Source: an uncultured Candidatus Saccharibacteria bacterium (GTDB lineage: Bacteria > Patescibacteriota > Minisyncoccia > Minisyncoccales > GWA2-38-27). Taken from it: a DNA stretch of 64,000 nt. The number at the start of each line of letters is the position of its first letter. Positions within the stretch are counted from its first letter, which is position 1. Shown piece by piece: positions 51,529-59,961 of the stretch. The stretch covers positions 11,020-75,019 of the forward strand of contig CAYUSS010000002.1 in assembly GCA_964447515.1 (NCBI GenBank), given 5' to 3'. The translations under genes and the position numbers were made by a program. Under the pieces are notes generated by a model. That model was not told the DNA's origin and did not search any database. It saw only the letters and a program-made list of their open reading frames with translations.

Positions 51529-54500
51529 GTATTTATTACTTCTTCAACTTGTTCGGCTATTATTTTGGGAACATTGTCTCGGTTGTCAACTCTTCCTGAA
51601 ATAAGAACAATTTTATTTTCTTGGAAAACCGTAGGATTTTTTTCAATTATTCCAGGAAAGACAACAACTTCGGTTTTATCGGTTAGGTCTTCTAATTTTA
51701 AGAAAAGCATTGGTTTTCCAGTTCTGGTAATAATTTTTTTAATTCCAGAAATAATTCCGCCAACTCTGATTCTTTTATTTACTAAAACGTCGCTGATTTT
51801 TGCCAGAGAGAAAGTTTTTTTCTCAAGAATTTTTCTAAAATCTTCTAAGGGGTGAGAAGTTACATAGAGGCCTAAAAGTTCTTTTTCCCAATTTAGCTTT
51901 TCAAAATTTGTTGCCGCCGAACTAGGGAGGAGAGAGATTTCGTTCTTACTAAATTTTAGATTATCATCAAAAAGTCCCTTTTGTCCATTCATTTTTGTTT
52001 TTTGAGTTTCTCGGGCCCATTCAAGCGACCTTTCTAAATTGTCTAAAAGTTGATTTCTTTCTGCCAAGCTATCAAAGGCCCCAGCTTTAATTAAACTTTC
52101 CAAAGATTTTTTGTTTAGGTTTTTTGAGTTAATCCTCTGAAGAAAATCTCCAATATTTTTAAAGGAACCATTGTTTTTTCTTTCCTCAACAATAACGTCA
52201 ATTATATTTCGACCGACATTTTTTATGGCTAAAAACCCAAATCTTATCTTATCCTTTCCGGTTTTTAGAGGGAAAATTCCCGGAGAAGGAACAACAGTGA
52301 AGTTTTTTAAACTCTCGTTGATGTTTGGAGCAAGAACTTCAATCCCCATTTTTTTAGATTCTTCAATTAAAACCGCAATTCTTTCAACATCTGCTTTTTC
52401 TGAAGTTAGAAGGGAAGCCATAAATTCTACTGGATAATGAGCTTTTAAATAGGCAGTTTGATAAGCAATGGTAGCATAGGCCGTACTGTGGGCTTTGTTG
52501 AACCCATAATGGGCAAAAGGTAAAACCCACTGCCAGATTTTCTGAGCAATCTCTTTTTGAATTCCGTTTTTTATCATCCCTTGGATGAATTTCTCTTCTT
52601 GGCTGTTCAGCAAACTTTTTATCTTTTTCCCGACTGCCTTTCTTAAAACATCTGCTTCTAAGAGGGTAAAACCGGCTAATTGCTGAGCAATCTGCATCAA
52701 CTGTTCCTGAAAAATACAAATTCCTTGAGTTTTTTCTAATATTGGTTTTAATTTTGGATGTAAATATTCTATTTTTTTTCTTTTATCTTTTCGGGCAATG
52801 TAATCTGGAATGAACTGGATTGGGCCTGGCCTGTAAAGAGCAACCATAGCCACGATGTCTTCAAATTTAGTTGGTTTCAGTTGCTTTAGATATCTTTGTA
52901 AACCCGATGATTCCAGTTGGAAGATACCTATAGTATTGCCCTTTTGTAAGAGCTTATAAACCCTCTTATCATCAAAGGGGATATTTTCAATATCCACCTT
53001 AAGTTTGTTTCTAAGAACATAAATTCTAGATAAAGTATCTTCAATAACAGTTAGATTTTTTAATCCCAGAAGGTCTATTTTCAAAAGTCCCAGGTTTTCA
53101 ATTGAGTGCATCTCATATTGAGTAATAATATTTTCATCATTTTGGGTAGGATATTGTAAGGGGATTAAATTTAAAAGGGGTTGTCCAGATATTACTAGAC
53201 CGCAGGCATGAGTTGAGGCGTGGCGGGCTACTCCCTCCAGTTTTTTTGCTAAGTCAATCAATTTTTTTGCCTGTTCATCGGTTTGGTAAATATTCCTAAA
53301 CTCTTCAATGTTTTTCAAGGTTTTATCTAAATTGAATCCAAGGGGAATCATTTTGGCAAGTTTATCGCAGTAGCTATAAGTATAATTTAAAGCCCGGCCT
53401 ACATCTCTAATTGCTGCCCGTGCCGCCATTGTTCCAAAAGTAATAATTTGAGCAACTTTATCCCGTCCATATTTTTGGGCGATATAATTTACGACCTCAT
53501 CTCTTCTTCGGTCGGTAAAATCAAGATCAATATCAGGAAGGCTGTCCGTCCTTCCTAGATTTAAAAAACGTTCAAATAAAAGATTATGCTTCAGGGGATC
53601 AATATTGGTAATATTCAGTAAATAAGCCACCAGAGACCCCCCGACACTCCCCCGGCCTGGTCCGACGATAATTCTGTTTTCTTTAGCCCAATTGACAAAA
53701 TCTTGAACTATTAAAAAATAAGAAGCAAGGCCGGTTTGTTTAATAACTGAAAGTTCATAATTAAATCTATCTATGATTTCTTTACTGAGATTGGAGCCGT
53801 AACGCTTTTTTAATCCTTGAGAGCAAAGTTTTTCTAAATATTGGTCCGGAGTTTTTCCATTAGGCACTTCAAAATAAGGCAGCCTGGTTTTCCCCAATTC
53901 AAATTGAAAATTACAGGCATTTACAATTTTTTGGCTATTTTCAATTGCCTCGGGTATATTTTTAAAGGTTTCTTCCATTTCTTTTTGATTTTTCATTGAA
54001 AAATCATCTGCTTTCAGGGTAAGCCGTTCGGGATCGTTAAGATTAGCCCCGGTATTAATTAGCATGAGAATATCCTGGGCTTCCTTATCTTCTTTTTTTA
54101 GATAATGAACGTCATTAGTCGCTACTAAAGGAATGCCGTATTTTTTGGAAATATTAATTAGTTCTCTATTTACAGTTTTTTGTTCTGGTATATTGGGGTG
54201 ATGTTGGAGTTCTAAATAAAAGTTATCTCTGCCGAAAATTTCTTGATATTTTAGAGCTAATTTTTCAGCTTCTTCAATTTTTTTTGACAAAATTAAACGA
54301 GGAATTTTTCCCGCTAAACAAGCGGTTAAAGCAATTAAACCCTTAGAATGCTTTGCTAAAAGTTCTTCATCTATTCTCGGCTTATAATAAAAACCTTCTA
54401 AGTGGGCTTTGGTTACAAGCTTGACTAAATTTTTATATCCCTCTTCGTTTTTTACCAGCAGAATTAAATGATATCTTTTATTATCTATGTTTGGTCTTTT

Positions 54501-54728
54501 TTGGTTCATTTTCTCAAAAGAAACATAAGCTTCTACTCCTATTATCGGTTTAATTCCCTTTTTCCTGGCTTTTTGATAGAACTCTACCGCTCCATATAAA
54601 ACTCCGTGGTCAGTTAAAGCCACGGAATCCATTCCTAATTCTTTGGTATAATCTAAAAGTTCATCAATCTTTGGCAGACCGTCAAGCAAACTATAATGAC
54701 TGTGAACATGGAGATGAGTAAACTTCAT
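51525..54728 (-). CDS. dnaE: DNA polymerase III subunit alpha
   Basis: PHP domain FTHLHVHSHYSLLDG, Pol IIIa palm/fingers (GRGSVGGSLVAYLL, PDIDLDF), OB fold near the C-terminus. Confidence 0.95.
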   Translation of the reverse strand: MKFTHLHVHSHYSLLDGLPKIDELLDYTKELGMDSVALTDHGVLYGAVEFYQKARKKGIKPIIGVEAYVSFEKMNQKRPNIDNKRYHLILLVKNEEGYKNLVKLVTKAHLEGFYYKPRIDEELLAKHSKGLIALTACLAGKIPRLILSKKIEEAEKLALKYQEIFGRDNFYLELQHHPNIPEQKTVNRELINISKKYGIPLVATNDVHYLKKEDKEAQDILMLINTGANLNDPERLTLKADDFSMKNQKEMEETFKNIPEAIENSQKIVNACNFQFELGKTRLPYFEVPNGKTPDQYLEKLCSQGLKKRYGSNLSKEIIDRFNYELSVIKQTGLASYFLIVQDFVNWAKENRIIVGPGRGSVGGSLVAYLLNITNIDPLKHNLLFERFLNLGRTDSLPDIDLDFTDRRRDEVVNYIAQKYGRDKVAQIITFGTMAARAAIRDVGRALNYTYSYCDKLAKMIPLGFNLDKTLKNIEEFRNIYQTDEQAKKLIDLAKKLEGVARHASTHACGLVISGQPLLNLIPLQYPTQNDENIITQYEMHSIENLGLLKIDLLGLKNLTVIEDTLSRIYVLRNKLKVDIENIPFDDKRVYKLLQKGNTIGIFQLESSGLQRYLKQLKPTKFEDIVAMVALYRPGPIQFIPDYIARKDKRKKIEYLHPKLKPILEKTQGICIFQEQLMQIAQQLAGFTLLEADVLRKAVGKKIKSLLNSQEEKFIQGMIKNGIQKEIAQKIWQWVLPFAHYGFNKAHSTAYATIAYQTAYLKAHYPVEFMASLLTSEKADVERIAVLIEESKKMGIEVLAPNINESLKNFTVVPSPGIFPLKTGKDKIRFGFLAIKNVGRNIIDVIVEERKNNGSFKNIGDFLQRINSKNLNKKSLESLIKAGAFDSLAERNQLLDNLERSLEWARETQKTKMNGQKGLFDDNLKFSKNEISLLPSSAATNFEKLNWEKELLGLYVTSHPLEDFRKILEKKTFSLAKISDVLVNKRIRVGGIISGIKKIITRTGKPMLFLKLEDLTDKTEVVVFPGIIEKNPTVFQENKIVLISGRVDNRDNVPKIIAEQVEEVINT

Positions 54729-54781
54729 AGTGATTACATCATTTTACTTTTTTCATTTTGTTTAGTCAAACATCAATATCC

Positions 54782-54840
54782 TCAACACCCGATGTTGAGG
54801 AATTGGTGCCAGAGGCGCTAAGGGAAACGTCGGGTGTTGA
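54782..54840. repeat. short form of the ACACCCGA(C/T)GTT nested palindrome, intergenic (dnaE / rpmF divergent spacer)
   Basis: TCAACACCCGATGTTGAGGAATTGGTGCCAGAGGCGCTAAGGGAAACGTCGGGTGTTGA. Confidence 0.8.
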
Positions 54841-54889
54841 TTTTTAAATAATGATGTAGTATTATAATAATGTAATAATTTTTAGTTAG

Positions 54890-55174
54890 ATGGCAGTACC
54901 TAAACAAAGAAAAACTAAATCAAGAAGAGATAATAGAAGGATGCATATTTATTTAAAGCAGCCTGTTTTAGGTATTTGCCCAAAGTGCGGTAAAAAAGTT
55001 CGCTCCCATACTGTTTGCTGGAACTGTGGATATTATAAAAAAGAAGAAGTAATTGATGTTTTGAAAAAATTAACTAAAAAAGACAGAAAACAAAAAGAAA
55101 AAGAAATAGCAGCCAAGAGTAAGGAAGAGGCAAAGGACAAATCTTTAACAATGGAAGGGATGTCTCGAAAATAA
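54890..55174 (+). CDS. rpmF: 50S ribosomal protein L32 with Lys/Glu-rich C-terminal extension
   Basis: MAVPKQRKTKSRRDNRRMH and zinc ribbon CPKCGK...CWNCGYY. Confidence 0.88.
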   Translation: MAVPKQRKTKSRRDNRRMHIYLKQPVLGICPKCGKKVRSHTVCWNCGYYKKEEVIDVLKKLTKKDRKQKEKEIAAKSKEEAKDKSLTMEGMSRK

Positions 55175-55266
55175 AACCATATAAACATTTAAATATATTA
55201 ACATTTAAACAGAATTAAATTCAAAATGTTTAGATGCTTAAATGCTTAAATGTTAAAATAAGTTGT

Positions 55267-55689
55267 ATGGCTAGTCGTCATCTATCACGGTCAATAGTCC
55301 TCCAAAGCTTATACCAGTGGGACTTTTCCGGGAAAAACCCAAAAAGATTAGAAGGGATTGTTGAAAAAAATATTAAAGAATTCGGTCCGGGCCTTAAGGA
55401 TGAAACTTTTATTTGGCAGTTAATTAACGGCATTGTTTCCAAGCTCTCTGATATTGATAAAGTTATTGAAAAAGCAGCGCCGGAATGGCCAATTGAGCAA
55501 ATAACCATTGTTGATAGAAATGTTTTAAGAATTGGGTTATACGAACTTTTATATACAGATAAAAAAGAAGTTCCTCCAAAAGTAGCTATGAATGAAGCAA
55601 TTGAGTTGGCTAAAACTTTTGGAGGCGAGAGTTCTGGAAAATTCATTAACGGTGTCCTGGGAACAGTCTACAAAGAACTTAATGAATAA
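55267..55689 (+). CDS. nusB: transcription antitermination factor NusB
   Basis: [18 protein letters not shown]...[15 protein letters not shown]...[12 protein letters not shown]...FINGVLG. Start moved to ATG 55267, outside the word repeat. Confidence 0.88.
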   Translation: MASRHLSRSIVLQSLYQWDFSGKNPKRLEGIVEKNIKEFGPGLKDETFIWQLINGIVSKLSDIDKVIEKAAPEWPIEQITIVDRNVLRIGLYELLYTDKKEVPPKVAMNEAIELAKTFGGESSGKFINGVLGTVYKELNE

Positions 55690-56383
55690 ATTAATGAAAG
55701 ATTTTTCAAAACTTGAAAAAAAACTAAATTTAAAATTCAAAAACAAAGATTTACTTACTCGGGCCTTTGTTCATCGGTCTTTTTTAAATGAAAATCCTGA
55801 TTTTGAGCTTTCTAATAATGAAAGATTAGAATTTTTAGGAGATGCGGTATTAGAACATATAGTTACAAAATATTTGTTTTTAAATTATCCCAAGGAGCAA
55901 GAAGGTATATTGACCAGTTGGCGGGCAGCATTAGTAAATTCTAAAATATTGGCAAGGACTGCTAAAGACTTAGGTTTTAATGATTTTCTTTTGCTTTCTC
56001 AGGGAGAATTAAAGGAAATAGGCAAGGCCCGGCAATACATTTTAGCTGATGCCTTTGAGGCCTTTATTGGAAGCTTATATCTTGACCAGGGGATAAATTC
56101 TTGTAAAGATTTTATTGAGAAGCACTTACTCAAAGAATTGCCCCATATTATTAAAGCTGGCCTTTTTAGAGATGCTAAATCGCATTTTCAGGAAGAAGCT
56201 CAGGAAAAAGTAGGGGTAACTCCTACTTATAATATTTTAAAAGAATGGGGGCCAGACCATGCTAAACACTTTATTGTGGGTGTTTTTCTCGGCGAAGGCT
56301 TAGTAGCAAAGGGTGAAGGATTCTCTAAGCAAGAAGCCGAGGAAAAAGCAGCTAAGGAGGGTTTAAAAGCAAAGGGCTGGTAA
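55682..56383 (+). CDS. rnc: ribonuclease III
   Basis: RNase III signature [13 protein letters not shown], plus a C-terminal dsRBD ([28 protein letters not shown]). Start at ATG 55682 overlaps the nusB stop; 55694 is an alternative. Confidence 0.9.
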   Translation: MNKLMKDFSKLEKKLNLKFKNKDLLTRAFVHRSFLNENPDFELSNNERLEFLGDAVLEHIVTKYLFLNYPKEQEGILTSWRAALVNSKILARTAKDLGFNDFLLLSQGELKEIGKARQYILADAFEAFIGSLYLDQGINSCKDFIEKHLLKELPHIIKAGLFRDAKSHFQEEAQEKVGVTPTYNILKEWGPDHAKHFIVGVFLGEGLVAKGEGFSKQEAEEKAAKEGLKAKGW

Positions 56384-56425
56384 AGCCTACGATGCTGTGC
56401 TCGCTTTAACAGTTTAATAAAATAT

Positions 56426-57022
56426 ATGTTAAGAATTCGTTTTTTTCGAATAGGTAAAAAAAATCAACCTTTATTCAAAATTGTAGTTACAGATAAGAAA
56501 AAACCTCCAAGAGGCGGTCGTTTTGTGGAAGAGGTTGGATTTTGGAATCCTTTAACTAAGGAAAAAGTTTTGAAAAAAGAAAGAATCAAATATTGGTTAT
56601 CAGTAGGAGCCAAATCCTCAGACACGGTTTACAATTTATTAATAAAAGAGGGGATTTTAAAGGGGAAGAAGATTTCCCTACATAAGAAGAAAAAAGAAAA
56701 ACCCGCTTCCGCTGACTCGGCCTCCGTAGCCGAAGCTACTTCGGCGAAGGGGGCTACGACGGGCAAGAAAGAAAAACCGCCCACCGTCCCGCCTGCTGCC
56801 ACGTCAGAGGGGGGAAAGCCCACAGAGGAAAAAACAAAGAAAAAGACCGAAGAGAAACCAGCTGAGGTGCCAAAAGAAGAAACCAAGCAGAAACAGAAAC
56901 CTGAAGCAGAACCCGCAGAACAAAAACCCGAAGAAAAACCTAAAGAGGAAAAGGAAAAATCAAAAATCGAAGGACCCAAAAAAGAAGAACAGAAAGCCCC
57001 AATTGGTCTTGACAAAGATTAA
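56426..57022 (+). CDS. rpsP: 30S ribosomal protein S16 with ~110-aa Lys/Glu/Pro-rich C-terminal extension
   Basis: MLRIRFFRIGKKNQPLFKIVVTDKKKPPRGGRFVEEVGFWNPL is typical of S16. The extension includes a G+C-rich palindromic insert at 56701-56767. Confidence 0.9.
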   Translation: MLRIRFFRIGKKNQPLFKIVVTDKKKPPRGGRFVEEVGFWNPLTKEKVLKKERIKYWLSVGAKSSDTVYNLLIKEGILKGKKISLHKKKKEKPASADSASVAEATSAKGATTGKKEKPPTVPPAATSEGGKPTEEKTKKKTEEKPAEVPKEETKQKQKPEAEPAEQKPEEKPKEEKEKSKIEGPKKEEQKAPIGLDKD

Positions 57023-57037
57023 ATAATTTGCTATAAT
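57009..57037 (+). promoter_or_regulatory. perfect-consensus sigma70 promoter (TTGACA-17 nt-TATAAT)
   Basis: TTGACA at 57009-57014 (last codons of rpsP), a 17-nt spacer, TATAAT at 57032-57037, then SD AAAGGAGG and a 58-codon ORF. Confidence 0.55.
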
Positions 57038-57083
57038 AAAAACGTTAACAGGAAAGATACATTTTGTTTGAAAAAGGAGGAGT

Positions 57084-57260
57084 ATGATGAAAAAAACGAA
57101 ATACAATCCTTATTCACACTCGTTTTTCCACCATTTCCGCTGGCGTTTCTTCCGGAAAAAGTGGAAGGATCCGATGAAGTATGAGCTGTTTCTCTGGCGG
57201 TTTCTAAAGGGAGAGGGAGTTCTTCATTTCACTAAGGAGGGGTGGTGGATTATGCTCTAA
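57084..57260 (+). CDS. small basic aromatic-rich protein (58 aa), unknown function
   Basis: Not in the track (below 60 aa). MMKKTKYNPYSHSFFHHFRWRFFRKKWKDPMKYELFLWRFLKGEGVLHFTKEGWWIML. Strong SD (AAGGAGG 57074-57080), its own promoter and terminator. Confidence 0.5.
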   Translation: MMKKTKYNPYSHSFFHHFRWRFFRKKWKDPMKYELFLWRFLKGEGVLHFTKEGWWIML

Positions 57261-57283
57261 GAATAAGCACTACCTGTTCCAAT

Positions 57284-57321
57284 AGGCCAGCAGGCAAGAG
57301 TTCTCGCTGGCCTCTTTTTTT
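57284..57321 (+). terminator. intrinsic terminator after the 58-aa ORF
   Basis: AGGCCAGC...GCTGGCCT stem followed by a T7 run. Confidence 0.75.
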
Positions 57322-57330
57322 AGAAAAAGC

Positions 57331-57358
57331 TTGACAATTTATTCCAAAAGATTATAAC
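57331..57358 (+). promoter_or_regulatory. sigma70-like promoter candidate (TTGACA-16 nt-TATAAC) for khpA-trmD
   Basis: TTGACA at 57331-57336 and TATAAC at 57353-57358. Confidence 0.35.
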
Positions 57359-57442
57359 AATAGTATAAGCCGAATTCTCCGAATTGTTGATGGAGAGGTA
57401 GGTCAAAGGTCGGATTAATGTTAATTATACCGAATTACAACT

Positions 57443-57763
57443 ATGGCAAAAGAAACTAGTGATAAGGAATTTCTTGAATATGTTGTTAAGGCCTTGGTTG
57501 ACAATCCAGAAGATGTCAAAATTGAAAGAAGAGTTGACGAAATGGGAGTTTTACTTTCTTTGAAAGTGAATTCAGAAGATATGGGACAGATTGTTGGTCG
57601 AGGCGGTGCTACTGCCAGAGCTATTAGGTCTTTAGTTCGAATTGTTGGCCTTAAAAACCACGCCAGAGTGAACTTGAAGATTGAAGAGCCGGAAGGCGGT
57701 AGAGCGCCTGCTCAAGAGAAAAAGGCTTCAACTGAAGAAACCTTAGAAGATTTGAAGATTTAA
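57443..57763 (+). CDS. khpA: KH-domain RNA-binding protein (YlqC/KhpA family)
   Basis: LEYVVKALVDNPEDVKI...GQIVGRGGATARAIRSLV (GxxG KH motif). Sits in the conserved rpsP-khpA-(rimM)-trmD position. Confidence 0.8.
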   Translation: MAKETSDKEFLEYVVKALVDNPEDVKIERRVDEMGVLLSLKVNSEDMGQIVGRGGATARAIRSLVRIVGLKNHARVNLKIEEPEGGRAPAQEKKASTEETLEDLKI

Positions 57764-57846
57764 GCGTGTTTTGCGTTTACATCAACAGAAAACAGTGCTA
57801 TTATGATAAGTGGCACTGTTTTCATTTGTTTCAAGTTTCAAGTTTT

Positions 57847-58572
57847 ATGATTAAGTTTGGTATCATTACAATTTTTCCTGAGATTTTTAATTCTTACTTA
57901 TCAGAGAGTTTAATCGCCCGTGCTTTAAAGAAAAAATTGATAAAAATTAAAATTCACAATTTAAGAGATTGGACTTCTGATAAACACAAAACTATTGATG
58001 ACCGGCCTTTTGGTGGGGGGCTTGGAATGATTATGAAAGTAGAGCCAATATTCAAGGCGGTTTCTGATTTAAGGGAAAAAAGCTTGCCTCGCAGCATCCG
58101 AGCAAAGAGAGAATTGGCGGGGGGCCAAAAATCAAAAGTAATTCTTTTTTCTCCCCGCGGTAAAAAATTTAATCAGAAAATGGCTTACCAGTTTTCCAGA
58201 TTAAACCATTTAATTATGATTTGCGGTCGCTACGAAGGAGTTGACGAAAGAGTAGCTAAATATATTGCCGATGATGTAATTTCCATTGGCGATTACGTTT
58301 TAATGGGTGGCGAGCTACCAGCAATGATTGTTATGGAGACAGTGGCTCGTTTAATTCCCGGAGTTATTGGAAAAGAACAATTGCTCAAAGAAAGAATTCC
58401 AACAAAACCCGGCCGCGGGGGCAGGGGATTTATTGAATATCCACAATATACCAGGCCAGAGCTATTTTTTTCAAAAAAGGGTCTGAATTGGAAGGTTCCA
58501 AAAATTTTATTATCTGGCAATCATAAAAAAATTGAAGAATGGCGGAAAAAACACAAAAAAATTATAGAGTAA
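57847..58572 (+). CDS. trmD: tRNA (guanine37-N1)-methyltransferase
   Basis: FGIITIFPEIF, DDRPFGGGLGMIM, ICGRYEGVDERV, SIGDYVLMGGELPAM. Start moved to ATG 57847. An in-frame insert lies at 58081-58135. Confidence 0.92.
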   Translation: MIKFGIITIFPEIFNSYLSESLIARALKKKLIKIKIHNLRDWTSDKHKTIDDRPFGGGLGMIMKVEPIFKAVSDLREKSLPRSIRAKRELAGGQKSKVILFSPRGKKFNQKMAYQFSRLNHLIMICGRYEGVDERVAKYIADDVISIGDYVLMGGELPAMIVMETVARLIPGVIGKEQLLKERIPTKPGRGGRGFIEYPQYTRPELFFSKKGLNWKVPKILLSGNHKKIEEWRKKHKKIIE

Positions 58573-58687
58573 TTATACTATATAATTGCGGCGTTCGGTT
58601 AAAAAAGAAGAATGAATTTTTCTTCTTTTCCCTCACTTACAATTATTGAAAAATAACGATTTTTGTGATAGAATAAACAAATAATTA

Positions 58688-58772
58688 GGGTGCGTAGTCC
58701 CATAGGGGGTGGGATCGGTCTGTAAAACCGCTGTTCTTTTGAGCCCCGTCGGTTCGACTCCGACCGCACCCA
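58688..58772 (+). tRNA. tRNA-Tyr (GTA), class II with long variable arm
   Basis: Acceptor GGGTGCG/CGCACCC. Anticodon loop CTGTAAA. Variable-arm hairpin GTTC-TTTT-GAGC. T arm GTCGG-TTCGACT-CCGAC. Confidence 0.85.
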
Positions 58773-58781
58773 ATTAAATTC

Positions 58782-58854
58782 GCCCATGTAGCTCAGTTAG
58801 AAGAGCACGTCTTCGGTAAAGACGAGGTCCGCAGTGCAAATCTGCGCGTGGGCT
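58782..58854 (+). tRNA. tRNA-Thr (GGT) with atypical loops
   Basis: Acceptor GCCCATG/CGTGGGC. Anticodon arm CGTCT-TCGGTAA-AGACG (C at position 33). T arm CGCAG-TGCAAAT-CTGCG (G at position 55). The D loop AGTTAGAA has no GG. Confidence 0.7.
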
Positions 58855-58861
58855 CAAAATC

Positions 58862-59023
58862 ATGGCAAAAAAGAAACCATTTATAAAACTTCAATGTCAG
58901 GAGTGTAAGAGAATAAATTATTTTACTCAAAAATCAAAAAAAATGGCTGAGGAGAAGTTAGAATTGAAAAAATTCTGCAAGTGGTGCAGACGACATACCT
59001 TACATAAGGAGACGAAGAAGTGA
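58862..59023 (+). CDS. rpmG: 50S ribosomal protein L33
   Basis: Not in the track (53 aa). [53 protein letters not shown] has the two CxxC pairs typical of L33. Confidence 0.9.
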   Translation: MAKKKPFIKLQCQECKRINYFTQKSKKMAEEKLELKKFCKWCRRHTLHKETKK

Positions 59024-59050
59024 TAATCATGGAAAGAAAAAGAGCCGAGC

Positions 59051-59623
59051 TTACGCTTGGCTCCGTCTCACCCGTAGTGAGATGAGACAACTGATGAGAG
59101 TTAACCCCATAAAGACTCCAAAGGTTATCCCCCAATCTTTTAGGATGTTGCCTCCTTCGAACCGTGTAGCCATGAGCACGAAGATGAAAGATGCTGTTGC
59201 GAGAATTGGATATCCCGTAGGCACGGGTCCGATCCATTTCTTATGCCACTCTATGGCTTGAGGGTTGAACCTTTTTAAACCATAGAATGGATTCCAGACA
59301 AACCAGAGAAAATCCTCGAAAAGCATCACCAGAGAAAACATCGAAATAGTCTCCAGCTCCAAGGATAGACTCCACGAAATCCCTCCAAAGAATGGGTGAT
59401 GGAGAAAAACAAACACCACACCGAAGAAGGCAATGTGATAGCCGGTGAGAGGTCTTCCTTCCATGAACCACGAATAGATTCTAGGTATAAGGGAATTCGG
59501 ATTTTTAGGGCGCCAACAAGGAAGCTTGGCTGCCCATCCGTACTTTCCCTCAACTTGGAAATCAAGGAAAGCTAACACCGTAGCAATCACGAACAGATAC
59601 ACCGCATACGGAATCGACAACAC
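59051..59623 (-). CDS. hypothetical multi-pass membrane protein carried on the rpmG-associated insertion
   Basis: 190-aa ORF with GTG start and SD GGAGG, 5-6 hydrophobic segments, and visibly higher G+C than neighbours. No family recognised. Confidence 0.6.
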   Translation of the reverse strand: MLSIPYAVYLFVIATVLAFLDFQVEGKYGWAAKLPCWRPKNPNSLIPRIYSWFMEGRPLTGYHIAFFGVVFVFLHHPFFGGISWSLSLELETISMFSLVMLFEDFLWFVWNPFYGLKRFNPQAIEWHKKWIGPVPTGYPILATASFIFVLMATRFEGGNILKDWGITFGVFMGLTLISCLISLRVRRSQA

Positions 59624-59649
59624 TTTTCACCTCCTTTTTGAATGTTCTA

Positions 59650-59701
59650 TTAGACAAAGTTGTCTAAATATATTATAATATATTTAGTTATAATTTGTCA
59701 A
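59650..59701 (-). promoter_or_regulatory. promoter (TTGACA-18 nt-TATAAT on the minus strand) with an overlapping perfect operator-like palindrome
   Basis: Minus-strand -35 at 59701-59696 and -10 at 59677-59672. The palindrome TTAGACAA-AG-TTGTCTAA at 59650-59667 lies between the -10 and the SD. Confidence 0.5.
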
Positions 59702-59715
59702 GTCCGTGTATTGAT

Positions 59716-59775
59716 TTGAAAAAATTCTGCAAATGGTGCAGGAAGCATACGGTGCACAAAGAGACGAAGAAGTAA
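59716..59775 (+). pseudogene. rpmG: orphan duplicate of the last 19 codons of rpmG
   Basis: 60 nt with 49/60 identity to 58964-59023. Encodes [19 protein letters not shown]-stop, against [19 protein letters not shown]-stop in the intact gene. Confidence 0.8.
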
Positions 59776-59795
59776 TATCCCGAGAACGGTTCTCG

Positions 59796-59869
59796 GGGAG
59801 CGTCGGTTAACTGGGAAACCACTTCTCTCCAAAAGAAGAATACTGTAGGTTCGATTCCTACCGCTCCCG
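59796..59869 (+). tRNA. tRNA-Trp (CCA)
   Basis: Acceptor GGGAGCG/CGCTCCC. D arm GGTT-AACTGGGA-AACC. Anticodon arm CTTCT-CTCCAAA-AGAAG. T arm GTAGG-TTCGATT-CCTAC. Confidence 0.85.
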
Positions 59870-59877
59870 CAAAATTG

Positions 59878-59910
59878 GATGTGCGCCTATCGGCGCGCAT
59901 CTTTTCTTTT
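59878..59910 (+). terminator. intrinsic terminator after tRNA-Trp
   Basis: GATGTGCGCC-TATC-GGCGCGCATC followed by TTTTCTTTT. Confidence 0.75.
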
Positions 59911-59961
59911 AATTTTGGTTCAAATAAGATAAAATAAAAATAACAGACTGTCTACATAATT

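Noticed and set aside
58599-58787. A 62-aa minus-strand ORF between trmD and rpmG.
   Set aside because: The region is occupied by a well-formed tRNA-Tyr (58688-58772) on the plus strand.
59241-59565. Alternative minus-strand ORFs (59241..59471, 59326..59565, 58923..59237) inside the rpmG insertion.
   Set aside because: They overlap the longer 59051..59623 ORF, which has the SD, the promoter and a membrane-protein hydrophobicity pattern. 58923..59237 also overlaps rpmG.
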